Positions 20,491 to 29,384 of a DNA stretch of 64,000 bases are shown piece by piece. Both the position numbers and the translations under genes were made by a program. Each line of letters starts with the position of its first letter. Within the stretch, counting starts at the first letter, position 1. Source of the DNA: Candidatus Latescibacterota bacterium. GTDB taxonomy: Bacteria > Latescibacterota > UBA2968. The notes beneath the pieces are model-generated. The model saw only the letters and a list, made by a program, of their open reading frames with translations, made no database searches and was not told the DNA's origin. The stretch is from contig OZ242320.1 of the NCBI GenBank assembly GCA_965208125.1, forward strand, positions 3,040,001 to 3,104,000, written 5' to 3'.

Positions 20491-20581
20491 CCATAATTCC
20501 CGTTGGCTGGATCAATGCGTACCCATCAGGCGGAAAGAGTTCCTGAGATCGTGCTATCAGGGAAAGATCTGCTGATGAGTC

Positions 20582-22594
20582 TCATTCTTTCGACCAGGTG
20601 AAATCTCCTTCTTCCAGGGCGGTGAGGCCGGGCACTCCCCGATGCACTTCCAATGCCGTCCGGAAGATGCGCGATTTGCCCTTTGCTCTGAGGAGGATTG
20701 TGCCTCTGCTATCTGGAATGGGGTTGCCGGGGGTCCGCGCTGATGTGATTTCGAAGGGACCATCGGAAACGGCAAGTAGGCGCAGCCAAACCCGAGCGGA
20801 AATTCGCCAATCTACACAGAGAGTTCCGTCTGTAGAAGTGGTCTGGCGATTCCTGAGCCAGGCAAACACGCCGTAGTATGACAGAGGCGGGAAATCGAGG
20901 TTATCGATAACGTTTGATGGACGAACAATCATGCCGCCTTTAGCATGAAATACCCACGCGTACCGGTGGATGGTATCGGATGTGCAGCGATCTTCGATCC
21001 ATATGCAGGGCGGTTCGAACCGGATGCGGCGTTCCAATGCCACATCCTCGTACGCGTCTTCGATTACGGCAGATGCCAGTCGAGGATCTATTTCACGGAA
21101 TTCCAGCCGGGCCTTTTCCACAGGCTGCTGATTCTGCTCATCTACCATCAGGGTGTTATGCGACAATGTGCTTCTGTAATAGGCATGGATGTCGCTGACA
21201 GCATAGCCCGCTGTGCCGAGGTCGGGCGCGATTTGTACTCCGAGGGCCCTGAGATCGATGGATAGCTTATCGGGATGGTCGTGACCGGCTCCGTGCGCCC
21301 CTCCTTTGAACAAAAGATAGAAAGGGCCTTCGGCTGTGTCTTCTCGAAAGATGCCGAAGCCCATGGCCGAAAGATGGGTGGATCCCTGCGACAGTGGAGC
21401 TATGTCGATCTCATCAGGGCCGAAGGCGAGTGCGGTCAGGCTGTTACGGGGAATACCTCGCTTGTATATGGCGTTGAGCGTTTCTGCGAACAGATCGCCG
21501 CCGAGTTGTCCAGCAGCGTATTCGTAAACGTGTCTGTAGATGGCCAGAGAACGTGAACCAGGCGATCCCAGGTCGCCCACGCATGGCAGGTCGAGATTCT
21601 GGTCACACATGTGTACGGGTGCTTCGAGTAGCTTTTCAAAACGCGTCTGGATATCCTGGGTTACCTGACCTTGCTGGCGAAGCATTTCAAACACAGTGAC
21701 CATGGGGCAGATTGAGTAGAAATGGTAGAACATGGTGCCTTCAAACCAGAATCCATCCACTTTGCCTTCCGGGTCGGTTCTCAATCCATCGGTAAGTAGC
21801 GCAGATAGGCCTCCACGGTCGCCGCCCAGACCCATCGAAAGCCAGTCTTCATGGCCGGTCGCTTCGCCGGAGAGAGCCAGGCACGCACCCACATAACAGG
21901 TCATGTTGTGCGCGCCTGTACGTTCGAAAAATTGGATCTGCGAAGGCATCCCGGCTTCAAAGATCCCTTCGCGGATGGTTTGATGGTCGGTGCTGGAATA
22001 CACCTCGCTGTCGCGCGTCCAGGAGTAAGCGTTAGCTATTAGAGCCAGCACCTGGGCATCGTAAAGCGGCTGGAAATAGAGGGCGTCACCGTGGTTCCCT
22101 TCGCGGAGGTCTTCCCGGGTGAAGAACTGGGCTGCCAGGCGCATTCCCTCGGCTATCCACCTGGCATAGCGTTCATCTCCGGTGAGGCCGTAGAGCAGTC
22201 CCAGGCTGCGCATAAGGCGATAGGTACGTTCGTGGGTGAGCAGTGTCCAGGCCCGGTGTTGGACTTCACTTTCGTGGAGTGATTGATCTGCGGGATCCAG
22301 AAATCGATATGGACTCTGGGGATCATAGATCAGATGCTCGGCAGTGGTGTGCGAGTAGAAGTCGTGGCGCCACCCTATCCGTTCTTCGGGTAGCTGCGGT
22401 GGTTCTTTGAGTACAATCTCGGCTTCTTCTCGCATCTGTGAGAGGGAATCGGCGGCCCACTGCAGTGCGTCTGTTTTTCTGCGGATCTCTTTTAGGCGTT
22501 CTGCGCCAAAGAAAATTGTCGGCCAGACATCCTCGATGACCAGACCCGAGTCATAGGGCGATAAAGTGTAGGGCCATTGAAAGGTCTGGTTCAA
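20582..22594 (-). CDS. Heparinase II/III-family exo-lyase (oligo-alginate/uronate lyase-like), cytoplasmic
   Basis: HN motif, DGFWFEG..YHFY, GHDHPDKL, DLGTAGY, SHNTL. Confidence 0.85.
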   Translation of the reverse strand: MNQTFQWPYTLSPYDSGLVIEDVWPTIFFGAERLKEIRRKTDALQWAADSLSQMREEAEIVLKEPPQLPEERIGWRHDFYSHTTAEHLIYDPQSPYRFLDPADQSLHESEVQHRAWTLLTHERTYRLMRSLGLLYGLTGDERYARWIAEGMRLAAQFFTREDLREGNHGDALYFQPLYDAQVLALIANAYSWTRDSEVYSSTDHQTIREGIFEAGMPSQIQFFERTGAHNMTCYVGACLALSGEATGHEDWLSMGLGGDRGGLSALLTDGLRTDPEGKVDGFWFEGTMFYHFYSICPMVTVFEMLRQQGQVTQDIQTRFEKLLEAPVHMCDQNLDLPCVGDLGSPGSRSLAIYRHVYEYAAGQLGGDLFAETLNAIYKRGIPRNSLTALAFGPDEIDIAPLSQGSTHLSAMGFGIFREDTAEGPFYLLFKGGAHGAGHDHPDKLSIDLRALGVQIAPDLGTAGYAVSDIHAYYRSTLSHNTLMVDEQNQQPVEKARLEFREIDPRLASAVIEDAYEDVALERRIRFEPPCIWIEDRCTSDTIHRYAWVFHAKGGMIVRPSNVIDNLDFPPLSYYGVFAWLRNRQTTSTDGTLCVDWRISARVWLRLLAVSDGPFEITSARTPGNPIPDSRGTILLRAKGKSRIFRTALEVHRGVPGLTALEEGDFTWSKE

Positions 22595-23568
22595 AATGCA
22601 ATTCCCACTGAAAACCGGCTCACATTGGCGAAAAACTCGTTCCTGGTAAAGGAATAATCGATCAGGACCTGCCTCTCGCCGATACGTTGCATCACGCCGG
22701 CTCCCGCGGTCAGGCTTTCCATATCGTGATTGAACTTGTAGCCAACCCGGAGCGCCAGCATCTCCTGAAACCAGTATTCTCCGCCCAGGTAAATCCGCTC
22801 GCTGAAATCGCGCGGGTGGATGGCGTCGAATGCCAGCGATAGAGAATGTGAGGGGGAGTCAAAGAGTTCCATTGCGGCGCCGATATGGAATGTCAGGGGA
22901 AGCTGAAAACCAATTTTCTGGTATTCGATTTCTGGCGAGAAGTTCCGAATGTAGATCCCCAGTCTCAGGCTCCTCAACCCGGTGTAGTAGATGGTCCCAA
23001 ACGTGAAGTTCACCGCATTCGCTTTGTTATCAACGGCCAAGCTGGATGTCCCCGCAGGTGAGATTATACTTGAGCCCAGATGCTCGGACACATACTTGAT
23101 CTGACTCCCGATGAAGAACTTGTTTGTCAACTGCTTGGAATAAGCAAGTCCCACAAAATAGGCTCCCACGTCGATGTTTCCCGTCTCGGTAAATCCCTTC
23201 TCGTTCCCGGCGACCTGCGTCCCGATCAATTCACCGTAATCGATAGCGCCGAAGTTCACTGCAAAAATCCCGTGAGATGCTTTGTAGGCAGTCCCCAGTG
23301 CCGTATAGTTGATATCCGCGATCCACTGGACTCGGTGTGCGACCATCTGGACCTTAGAGTCCATGCGGGCCATGCCGGCCGGATTGTAGAACATAGCATC
23401 GGCGCCGTCACCTACCATCGAATACGCCCCGCCCATTGCCTCCGCCCGCGCACTGAGACCAATCTTCAGAAATTGAAACCCCGTCTGGGCCAGTTTCTTT
23501 TTCTGTGCCTCGGCAGGTGTAACCAGACACAGCAACAGTATCAGAATTAAACCCATACATTTTTTCAT
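22591..23568 (-). CDS. PorV/PorQ-family outer-membrane beta-barrel
   Basis: Signal peptide; motif FLKIG.SARA.AMGGA...FYNPAG; C-terminal Phe. Confidence 0.85.
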   Translation of the reverse strand: MKKCMGLILILLLCLVTPAEAQKKKLAQTGFQFLKIGLSARAEAMGGAYSMVGDGADAMFYNPAGMARMDSKVQMVAHRVQWIADINYTALGTAYKASHGIFAVNFGAIDYGELIGTQVAGNEKGFTETGNIDVGAYFVGLAYSKQLTNKFFIGSQIKYVSEHLGSSIISPAGTSSLAVDNKANAVNFTFGTIYYTGLRSLRLGIYIRNFSPEIEYQKIGFQLPLTFHIGAAMELFDSPSHSLSLAFDAIHPRDFSERIYLGGEYWFQEMLALRVGYKFNHDMESLTAGAGVMQRIGERQVLIDYSFTRNEFFANVSRFSVGIAF

Positions 23569-23596
23569 TGTTTTTCTCCTTCTCCGAGACCGTCGA

Positions 23597-25731
23597 TTAC
23601 CTGACGATGACGAATTTGACAAAGCTGGATTCTCCGCTTGGCGTCTCTATATGCGCAATATAGACGCCGCTGACAACGATCTGCCTGGTTTCGGTCGTCA
23701 AATCGCTCCAGGGCTCATCTCCCGAACCATCTGTGTGCTCCAGGACTTTGACCAGGTCTCCGCTTAGAGTGAAGATACGGATTGTACATTCTGGCGGCAG
23801 CCCTGCGAACAGGATCTTGTCATTTTCTCCTGGAAACTGCAGTCCTGCCTTCTGCTGCCGTAATATTGTAGGGATTGGGCACGACTCTGATATCGGCCAA
23901 TGTATTTCCTGGCGCTCGCGTCAGAGAGACCGGTTCCGTCGTTCGGTTATACAGGATGCCGCTTTCGACGCTCTCGCCGGGTTGAAGTCCATTCTCGATG
24001 CCCGGCTGATTCTGCGACCCATCGTCAAACGCTGTGACAGCGTAATAATAAGAAACGCCCCGCTGGGCGGTGATGTCGTCAAACGAGTGGACGCTGTTTC
24101 CCAGAGACTCGTGAATCACCGTGAACGTCGTGTCGGGACTCCCAACCGCTCGATACACCCTGTATCCGGCAAAGTCGGACGCGGATTCGGATTCGGACCC
24201 CCACAAAATCTGGACTTTATCGGGGCGCCCCCATACCTCAATGGATGGCGGCGGCGGAGCCTTGGGGACGTTGTAATTGTGTCTTACGGCCCACTCCGCG
24301 TTGTAGATGTTCTGGAACAGCGAGTCCTTACCCGTGGCGACCCAGTTGTCTTTGGCGCGATCAACGGCCGTCGGAATGAGATCCGGAACGTCTGGCCCAC
24401 GGGCGGGATCTTGTCTTCGCCTTCCCAGGTCAGCGTTCCATCTTTCCATCTTTGTCCGATATCCCACCTCATCTCGCGGGATATAGAGCCGCCGACAACG
24501 GCGAATACCACCCGGAAATCATCTCCGGCCTTCATCTCGTCGAACGGTCCCAGAGACATATAGATGGCCCCACGTCCCTTCGTTGCATCTTGTACCCATT
24601 TGATCTTTCGCTCATCCATTCGCGACTGGTAGCGCACACGGCCCTCGCGGGGACGTTAAGGCCGAAGTAGTAAGCCTTCTGACCCTCCACCAGTTCGGGA
24701 AAACCGTAGTGGAAGGAGCTGTATTCCAGTTCGGTCACTGTTGGATCGTTCTGGTCATGCTGTTTGGCTGTGGTGTATTTCTGCAGTCCGGATGCAAATA
24801 CGTGTGGCTGCTCTCGGTCGTCGGTCGGGTCGTCAACAGATTTGTCAACGTGTAGAATGGCGATGCCAACGTAGGATGGTTCTTTGATAAACCCCGTCGT
24901 AGGATCGGGATTTCCGAAAGTGTCGTATTGCTGACCCCTGTTCCAGGCGGGATAATTGTAGGCGACCCGCAGCGAATCGCCTTCCCGTTCGCCATACGTT
25001 GTGCTCCAGCCGAAATTTCCCATATCCTGATTGACCCATGCAGCGAGGGCAAAATATACGCCATTCAGGGTCTGGGCGGGCAGATCCACCTGTATCCCGG
25101 ACGGCGTCAGGTACTGACCTGTGGTATTCTTAAAAGTCCAGTCATAAAGCACATAGTCGTCGTGGTTGACCTGCGAAAAAACGAACACCTTCTGATGGAT
25201 CGTGATCCCGACCGAGGTTCGAATCCAGGATTCGATTAACTGATCAGCACCTTTTCCCCCACTCGAATCGATATAGTCTGGATTGACTTCATCCCCTTCT
25301 AATGGAAAGAAGGGCTGGATGGGAGCACCCTGAACGGATATAGATGGAGGCTGGAACCTCACATACCTTCTAATCGTAAACCCATCTACCTCGACGGGCA
25401 TATTGTCAAAGGCCTCTTCACCGTTATAGACGCTCGTACCGCTGGTCTTGAAGCCCCAGGTAGTACCCTTCTCATCGGTCCAGTCCCTAACCGCAACCCT
25501 CCACGCGATATTCTCCATGAATCGGTTTCCATTGTAGTAGAATTGCCGGTATGATCTGAGGGGCCTAGACATATCGCCGGAATCGAAAATGGCGCTCCAC
25601 ATTCGCCCGATTCTCACCCACTTGAACACATCCGCCCGGGCAGTGTTGTCGAGGATCAGGAAGGCAATCAATCCAAAAACGATCGCCACCAGTGCCTTCG
25701 GGATCCTTATCCTTTTCACTGAATATTTCAT
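23597..25731 (-). pseudogene. About 710-aa secreted protein with an Fn3-like domain and a T9SS type-A-like CTD, split by three frameshifts (near 24647, 24385 and 23850)
   Basis: Consecutive frames join 25731-24647, then EGRVRYQ...KIPP, then PDLIPT...VVPNPY, then LFAGLPPECTIRIFTLSGDLVK...SGVYIAHIE...KFVIVR* with the stop at 23597. Confidence 0.8.
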
Positions 25732-25772
25732 GGCTTTTCCTTCCTCTTAACTGTCAGAAACAGAACAGTTTT

Positions 25773-28736
25773 TTAAAAACTCACCTTGATTCCGAAGAAG
25801 ATATCCCTCGGAGGCAAGAAGGTCGCGCTTTCTGCGTTTGGCATTATGATATGGCTGTCCTCTCCTCCGATGGCTCCCATCCTGTCGTTCCCCACTGGAT
25901 TTTCATAGGCCGGGGATTCGGGCAGGTTCAAGGATGTCATATAGTCCTCCCTGTCGGAGGTGCTGACAAAACCCGCGTTCCCATTGAAGTGTTTCTGGTT
26001 GAACAGATTCGTAATATCCACAAACAGGCCGACATCTACTCCTCTCGCCGCGAAGTCCTTGGATATCCGCGCGTTCCAGTTCGAGTAGTTCTCCCACTGG
26101 AGGTTGTTCTGGATACCTGGAATCTGGTTTGGATTGTAGGTGATCCAGCCCCCGGCTCTCCAATTGTAGAAGAGGCTGAATCGAAATCTCTCCAGCGGCT
26201 TGAATCCGGCCACTTCTGGTCCGGAATCCGGCGGCACCAGGAGCATCACATTCGCCCGGAATGAGGGCCGGGTTTTAGGCCTGCTCTGGTATGGGTCCTG
26301 CAGGCCAAAAAGTCTGTGTTGAACCGGGTCCTCGTAGTAGTGCCGGCGCCCGATAAACCCACTGGTCAGGACCATGTAGTTGTAGTTCGCCCATCCTGTG
26401 AACCACTGCCCCACGCTTTTATCCACTCTGATTTCGAAACCCCTGATGTCCGCGTAGTTGTTGTTTTCAACGGTGGTATAGACCACACTTCCATCTACAT
26501 TGTTGTAGGTGACATTGCCAGCCTGATCGGCGACATCCTTATAGTATCCGGCCAGATGAATGAGCACCGTATTGAACAGATTGTGGTCGTACCCCAGTTC
26601 ATAAGCGATGGTTCGTTCCCACTCTGTGCTCGGGTTGCCCAGATAGGTTATCTTGCCCGGAAAACTTCTTCGGACGCCGTAGTAATGCTCTGTTCTGGGT
26701 ATGCTGTAGAAGTGACCGTAGTTGAAATAGATCTTTGAATTCACTGTGATGGGGTGTGATACGCCCAGCCGTGGGCTGAATTTGAGGTGGCTCTTAGCAG
26801 GCTCCGTGGGAACGACTTCCTCAAAGTCTTCCTGGTATTTCGCCGTCAGGAATTTGGAATAGCGATCCACTGAATACCAGTCTGTGGCGGGCGTGGCGTA
26901 ATCCATACGAACCCCAATATTCGCGATCATGCCCTCCACCTCCAGCTTGTCCTGGGCGTACGCGCTGAACCGTTTGGGGATCTTTTCGTACGTGTTGATC
27001 CAGGTGTAGGGTGTGATGCCCGGGTTGTAGATGGCATTCCAGATCGCCATGTCGTTATAGACGTAGTGAAATCCCGCTTTGGCCTGATTGTAACGGCCGA
27101 TCTGGCTGGTGATATCCACCCGGATATTCGTGGTCGTAATAATCGAGCTGTCACGAGCCGTCGAAAGATGCATGCCCATACGCATTCCGTCCTGGGCTTC
27201 AATTGAATCAAACCACAAACCCAGCGGTGCTTCATCTACCATCATTGGACCGAACTGGTATTGCGGCGTGCGGTCCCTTATGGGCAGAGCAGTCGTACGG
27301 TACTCGGATTCCATCTGATCTACCCTGAGGTTATAGAAAGTAGATCTGCCCAGCGTGTGTGTGAGTACGAAACCCAACGAGGTCCTCTTGAGGCTGAACA
27401 GAGAAAACCTGGATGGTGTATAGATCGTCGCGCCGCTATAGCTGGTCGCGTCTGCCAGTGCCTCGATGGCGTTGTCGTAATAGAGCCCTGTGTTGCCGTC
27501 TGCGACTGACTCGATATTGCTGTATCCTCCAACAACAGTGAGTTTCATTGATGGGATGATATTCAAAATCAGCTTCAGCGTCGAGTTGTCTTCCCGATGG
27601 TTGTCTCTTGACATCGGATAGGGATAGACATTGATATCCGTACGGTGTGATGCAAAGAAGCTCAGCTTCCTGCTGGCGGGAATCAGAGGGCCGCCGATAC
27701 TCGCGTCTCCAATATGGTCCGCTTTGTCCCCATCCTTCAAAGGACGCGGTCCGCCTTCGGCGAATTTTCTGAACATAAATAGCTGCTGGGCTTCTTGGGG
27801 CGACATGTCATTTGAGGGATCGTCATCTTCTGTATATCGCCTGGCTATCTCATTCCAGCCTACAAATTGCCTTTCCTGTAGCTGGGTTTCCTCATCCCAC
27901 TTGCCCGTACCTTCAAAGGCAACTTCAGGATCGAGAAAAGCCCGCAGATAGTAGTTATCTGCGCTATACCATGAGGGTCCGAAATGCTTTTTGGCAGGGG
28001 GGCTGTAGCGATAATCAACCGACCCGTGGTAACGGTCCTGGGCAGATTTTGTGATCACGTTGATCACACCTGATCTCACATTTCCGTATTCCGCATTGAA
28101 TCCACCGGTGATAATTGAGATCTCCTGTACGGCACTCAGGTTGAGGGAGGTCAGCGTGGGTCTGTTCACCCGTTCATCCACCATCAGGATGCCATCCACC
28201 ATCATCGCGACCTGGTTTTGCCCACCCCCTCGGACCACCATATTCTCGATTCCCGGCTGCGTGTTCAGAAACTGCTCGACCTTCACAACTGCAGGGATCT
28301 CCCTCACCTGTTCACCCTGGGCAATTACTTCGCTGGCGGAAACGTCCATCTGGACCACTTCCCTTTCAGCCGTGATCTGGATCTCCTGCCCCTCTATACT
28401 GCTAACCTGCAATGAGAAGTTGATAGGAACCGTACGTCGTCCCTGCACCAGCACATCCGTTTTGCTCACAGTCGTGTATCCGACCATGGATGCCCGGACC
28501 ACATGCTTGCCCGGCGAAACGTTCAGGATGTTGTAAACGCCTTCCGCATCGGTTGAAGCCCCCAGCGATGTGCCTTCGATGATTACATTCGCCCCCGGTA
28601 GGGGATCTCCGGTCTGCGCGTCTGTGACGACACCGCGGACCTTACCTGTCTCTTGAGCAAACAGGCCTCCCTGGACGAGGAAGAGGGAAAGCGCAATGCT
28701 GAGTAGCGGTAGAAAACACCTTCTTGTCCGTTCCAT
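25773..28736 (-). CDS. TonB-dependent receptor with an N-terminal carboxypeptidase-regulatory-like domain
   Basis: G.V.G.VTD..TG.PLPGANV; plug motif VRGG...GGFNAEYG...SGVINVITK; SPRLG; C-terminal Phe. Confidence 0.93.
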   Translation of the reverse strand: MERTRRCFLPLLSIALSLFLVQGGLFAQETGKVRGVVTDAQTGDPLPGANVIIEGTSLGASTDAEGVYNILNVSPGKHVVRASMVGYTTVSKTDVLVQGRRTVPINFSLQVSSIEGQEIQITAEREVVQMDVSASEVIAQGEQVREIPAVVKVEQFLNTQPGIENMVVRGGGQNQVAMMVDGILMVDERVNRPTLTSLNLSAVQEISIITGGFNAEYGNVRSGVINVITKSAQDRYHGSVDYRYSPPAKKHFGPSWYSADNYYLRAFLDPEVAFEGTGKWDEETQLQERQFVGWNEIARRYTEDDDPSNDMSPQEAQQLFMFRKFAEGGPRPLKDGDKADHIGDASIGGPLIPASRKLSFFASHRTDINVYPYPMSRDNHREDNSTLKLILNIIPSMKLTVVGGYSNIESVADGNTGLYYDNAIEALADATSYSGATIYTPSRFSLFSLKRTSLGFVLTHTLGRSTFYNLRVDQMESEYRTTALPIRDRTPQYQFGPMMVDEAPLGLWFDSIEAQDGMRMGMHLSTARDSSIITTTNIRVDITSQIGRYNQAKAGFHYVYNDMAIWNAIYNPGITPYTWINTYEKIPKRFSAYAQDKLEVEGMIANIGVRMDYATPATDWYSVDRYSKFLTAKYQEDFEEVVPTEPAKSHLKFSPRLGVSHPITVNSKIYFNYGHFYSIPRTEHYYGVRRSFPGKITYLGNPSTEWERTIAYELGYDHNLFNTVLIHLAGYYKDVADQAGNVTYNNVDGSVVYTTVENNNYADIRGFEIRVDKSVGQWFTGWANYNYMVLTSGFIGRRHYYEDPVQHRLFGLQDPYQSRPKTRPSFRANVMLLVPPDSGPEVAGFKPLERFRFSLFYNWRAGGWITYNPNQIPGIQNNLQWENYSNWNARISKDFAARGVDVGLFVDITNLFNQKHFNGNAGFVSTSDREDYMTSLNLPESPAYENPVGNDRMGAIGGEDSHIIMPNAESATFLPPRDIFFGIKVSF

Positions 28737-29120
28737 ATTTCTCTCCTCTTTTTTCCAACTTGTGATACAACGTGTTAAATTTTATAGCATTTAACCTCCT
28801 TTCTACCGAAAGGCCCGATTCGGTTGGCAATTTTTGTTGCTGAAAATGTTTAGGAAATTTAATACTAATCTTATGAATGAACTTTGACTGGTCCATTGTT
28901 TGCTGAAGCCGTAGCAGAGTCGGAAAAAGGATTTTCCTGCTACGAATTGCATACTATGGGAGCGATATCCCCGCCGAGATCGCCCAGTCAAGATTCTATA
29001 TTTAATTAGTATAATTTAATAAAATATCAAGTATAGTTTATTATCATAATTAGTAGATGTCAATATTTTATTTTTCTATCCGATGGGCTGCTTTATGGTG
29101 GGCGATACTGGATTCGAACC
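28702..29120 (-). repeat. TBDR 5' leader plus first codons; diverged copy at 32047-32514
   Basis: Direct alignment by eye shows long identical blocks, a ~30-nt indel and a 19-nt inversion. Confidence 0.9.
29035..29063 (-). promoter_or_regulatory. Sigma70-type promoter for the TBDR operon
   Basis: TTGACA-17 nt-TAAACT on the minus strand. Confidence 0.6.
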
Positions 29121-29172
29121 AGTGACCTCCTGCTTGTAAGGCAGGCGCTCTAACCAGCTGAGCTAACCGCCC
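29096..29172 (-). tRNA. tRNA-Val(TAC), copy 1
   Basis: GGGCGGTTAGCTCAG...CT-TAC-AA...GGTTCGAATCC...CCCACCA; 77 nt cloverleaf. Confidence 0.97.
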
Positions 29173-29180
29173 GGATAGTG

Positions 29181-29229
29181 TTAGCGCAAATTAGCCTAAT
29201 AACGGGTTCAAATTTTGGGTCACAGATCC
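29181..29229 (+). mobile_element. Isolated IS3-like right end
   Basis: 25-nt core GGTTCAAATTTTGGGTCACAGATCC is identical to 54847-54871, where it follows an OrfB fragment. Confidence 0.6.
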
Positions 29230-29274
29230 TGATTTGAATACTTCTTCAGTCATGCTTATCTCCTATACTCAATA

Positions 29275-29312
29275 AAACAGCCCTGTCTCCGCTGAAAGAG
29301 ACAGGGCTGTTT
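29275..29312 (-). terminator. Intrinsic terminator after the 692-aa gene
   Basis: 15-bp perfect stem AAACAGCCCTGTCTC/GAGACAGGGCTGTTT. Confidence 0.8.
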
Positions 29313-29384
29313 GTGTGTACCTCCGGTAAGGGAAGCTATTCGAGCTTTCCAATTTCCCCTACCGCGAGGTCTGGGGTTGATTGG

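Noticed and set aside
23733-24563. 276-aa plus-strand ORF; also treating the 215, 117 and 399-aa ORFs as separate genes
   Set aside because: The first is an antisense shadow. The others are fragments of one frameshifted gene.
23597-25731. Programmed ribosomal frameshifting or phase variation as the cause of the breaks
   Set aside because: No long homopolymer or X-XXY-YYZ slippery site is seen at the junctions, and three shifts in series are implausible.
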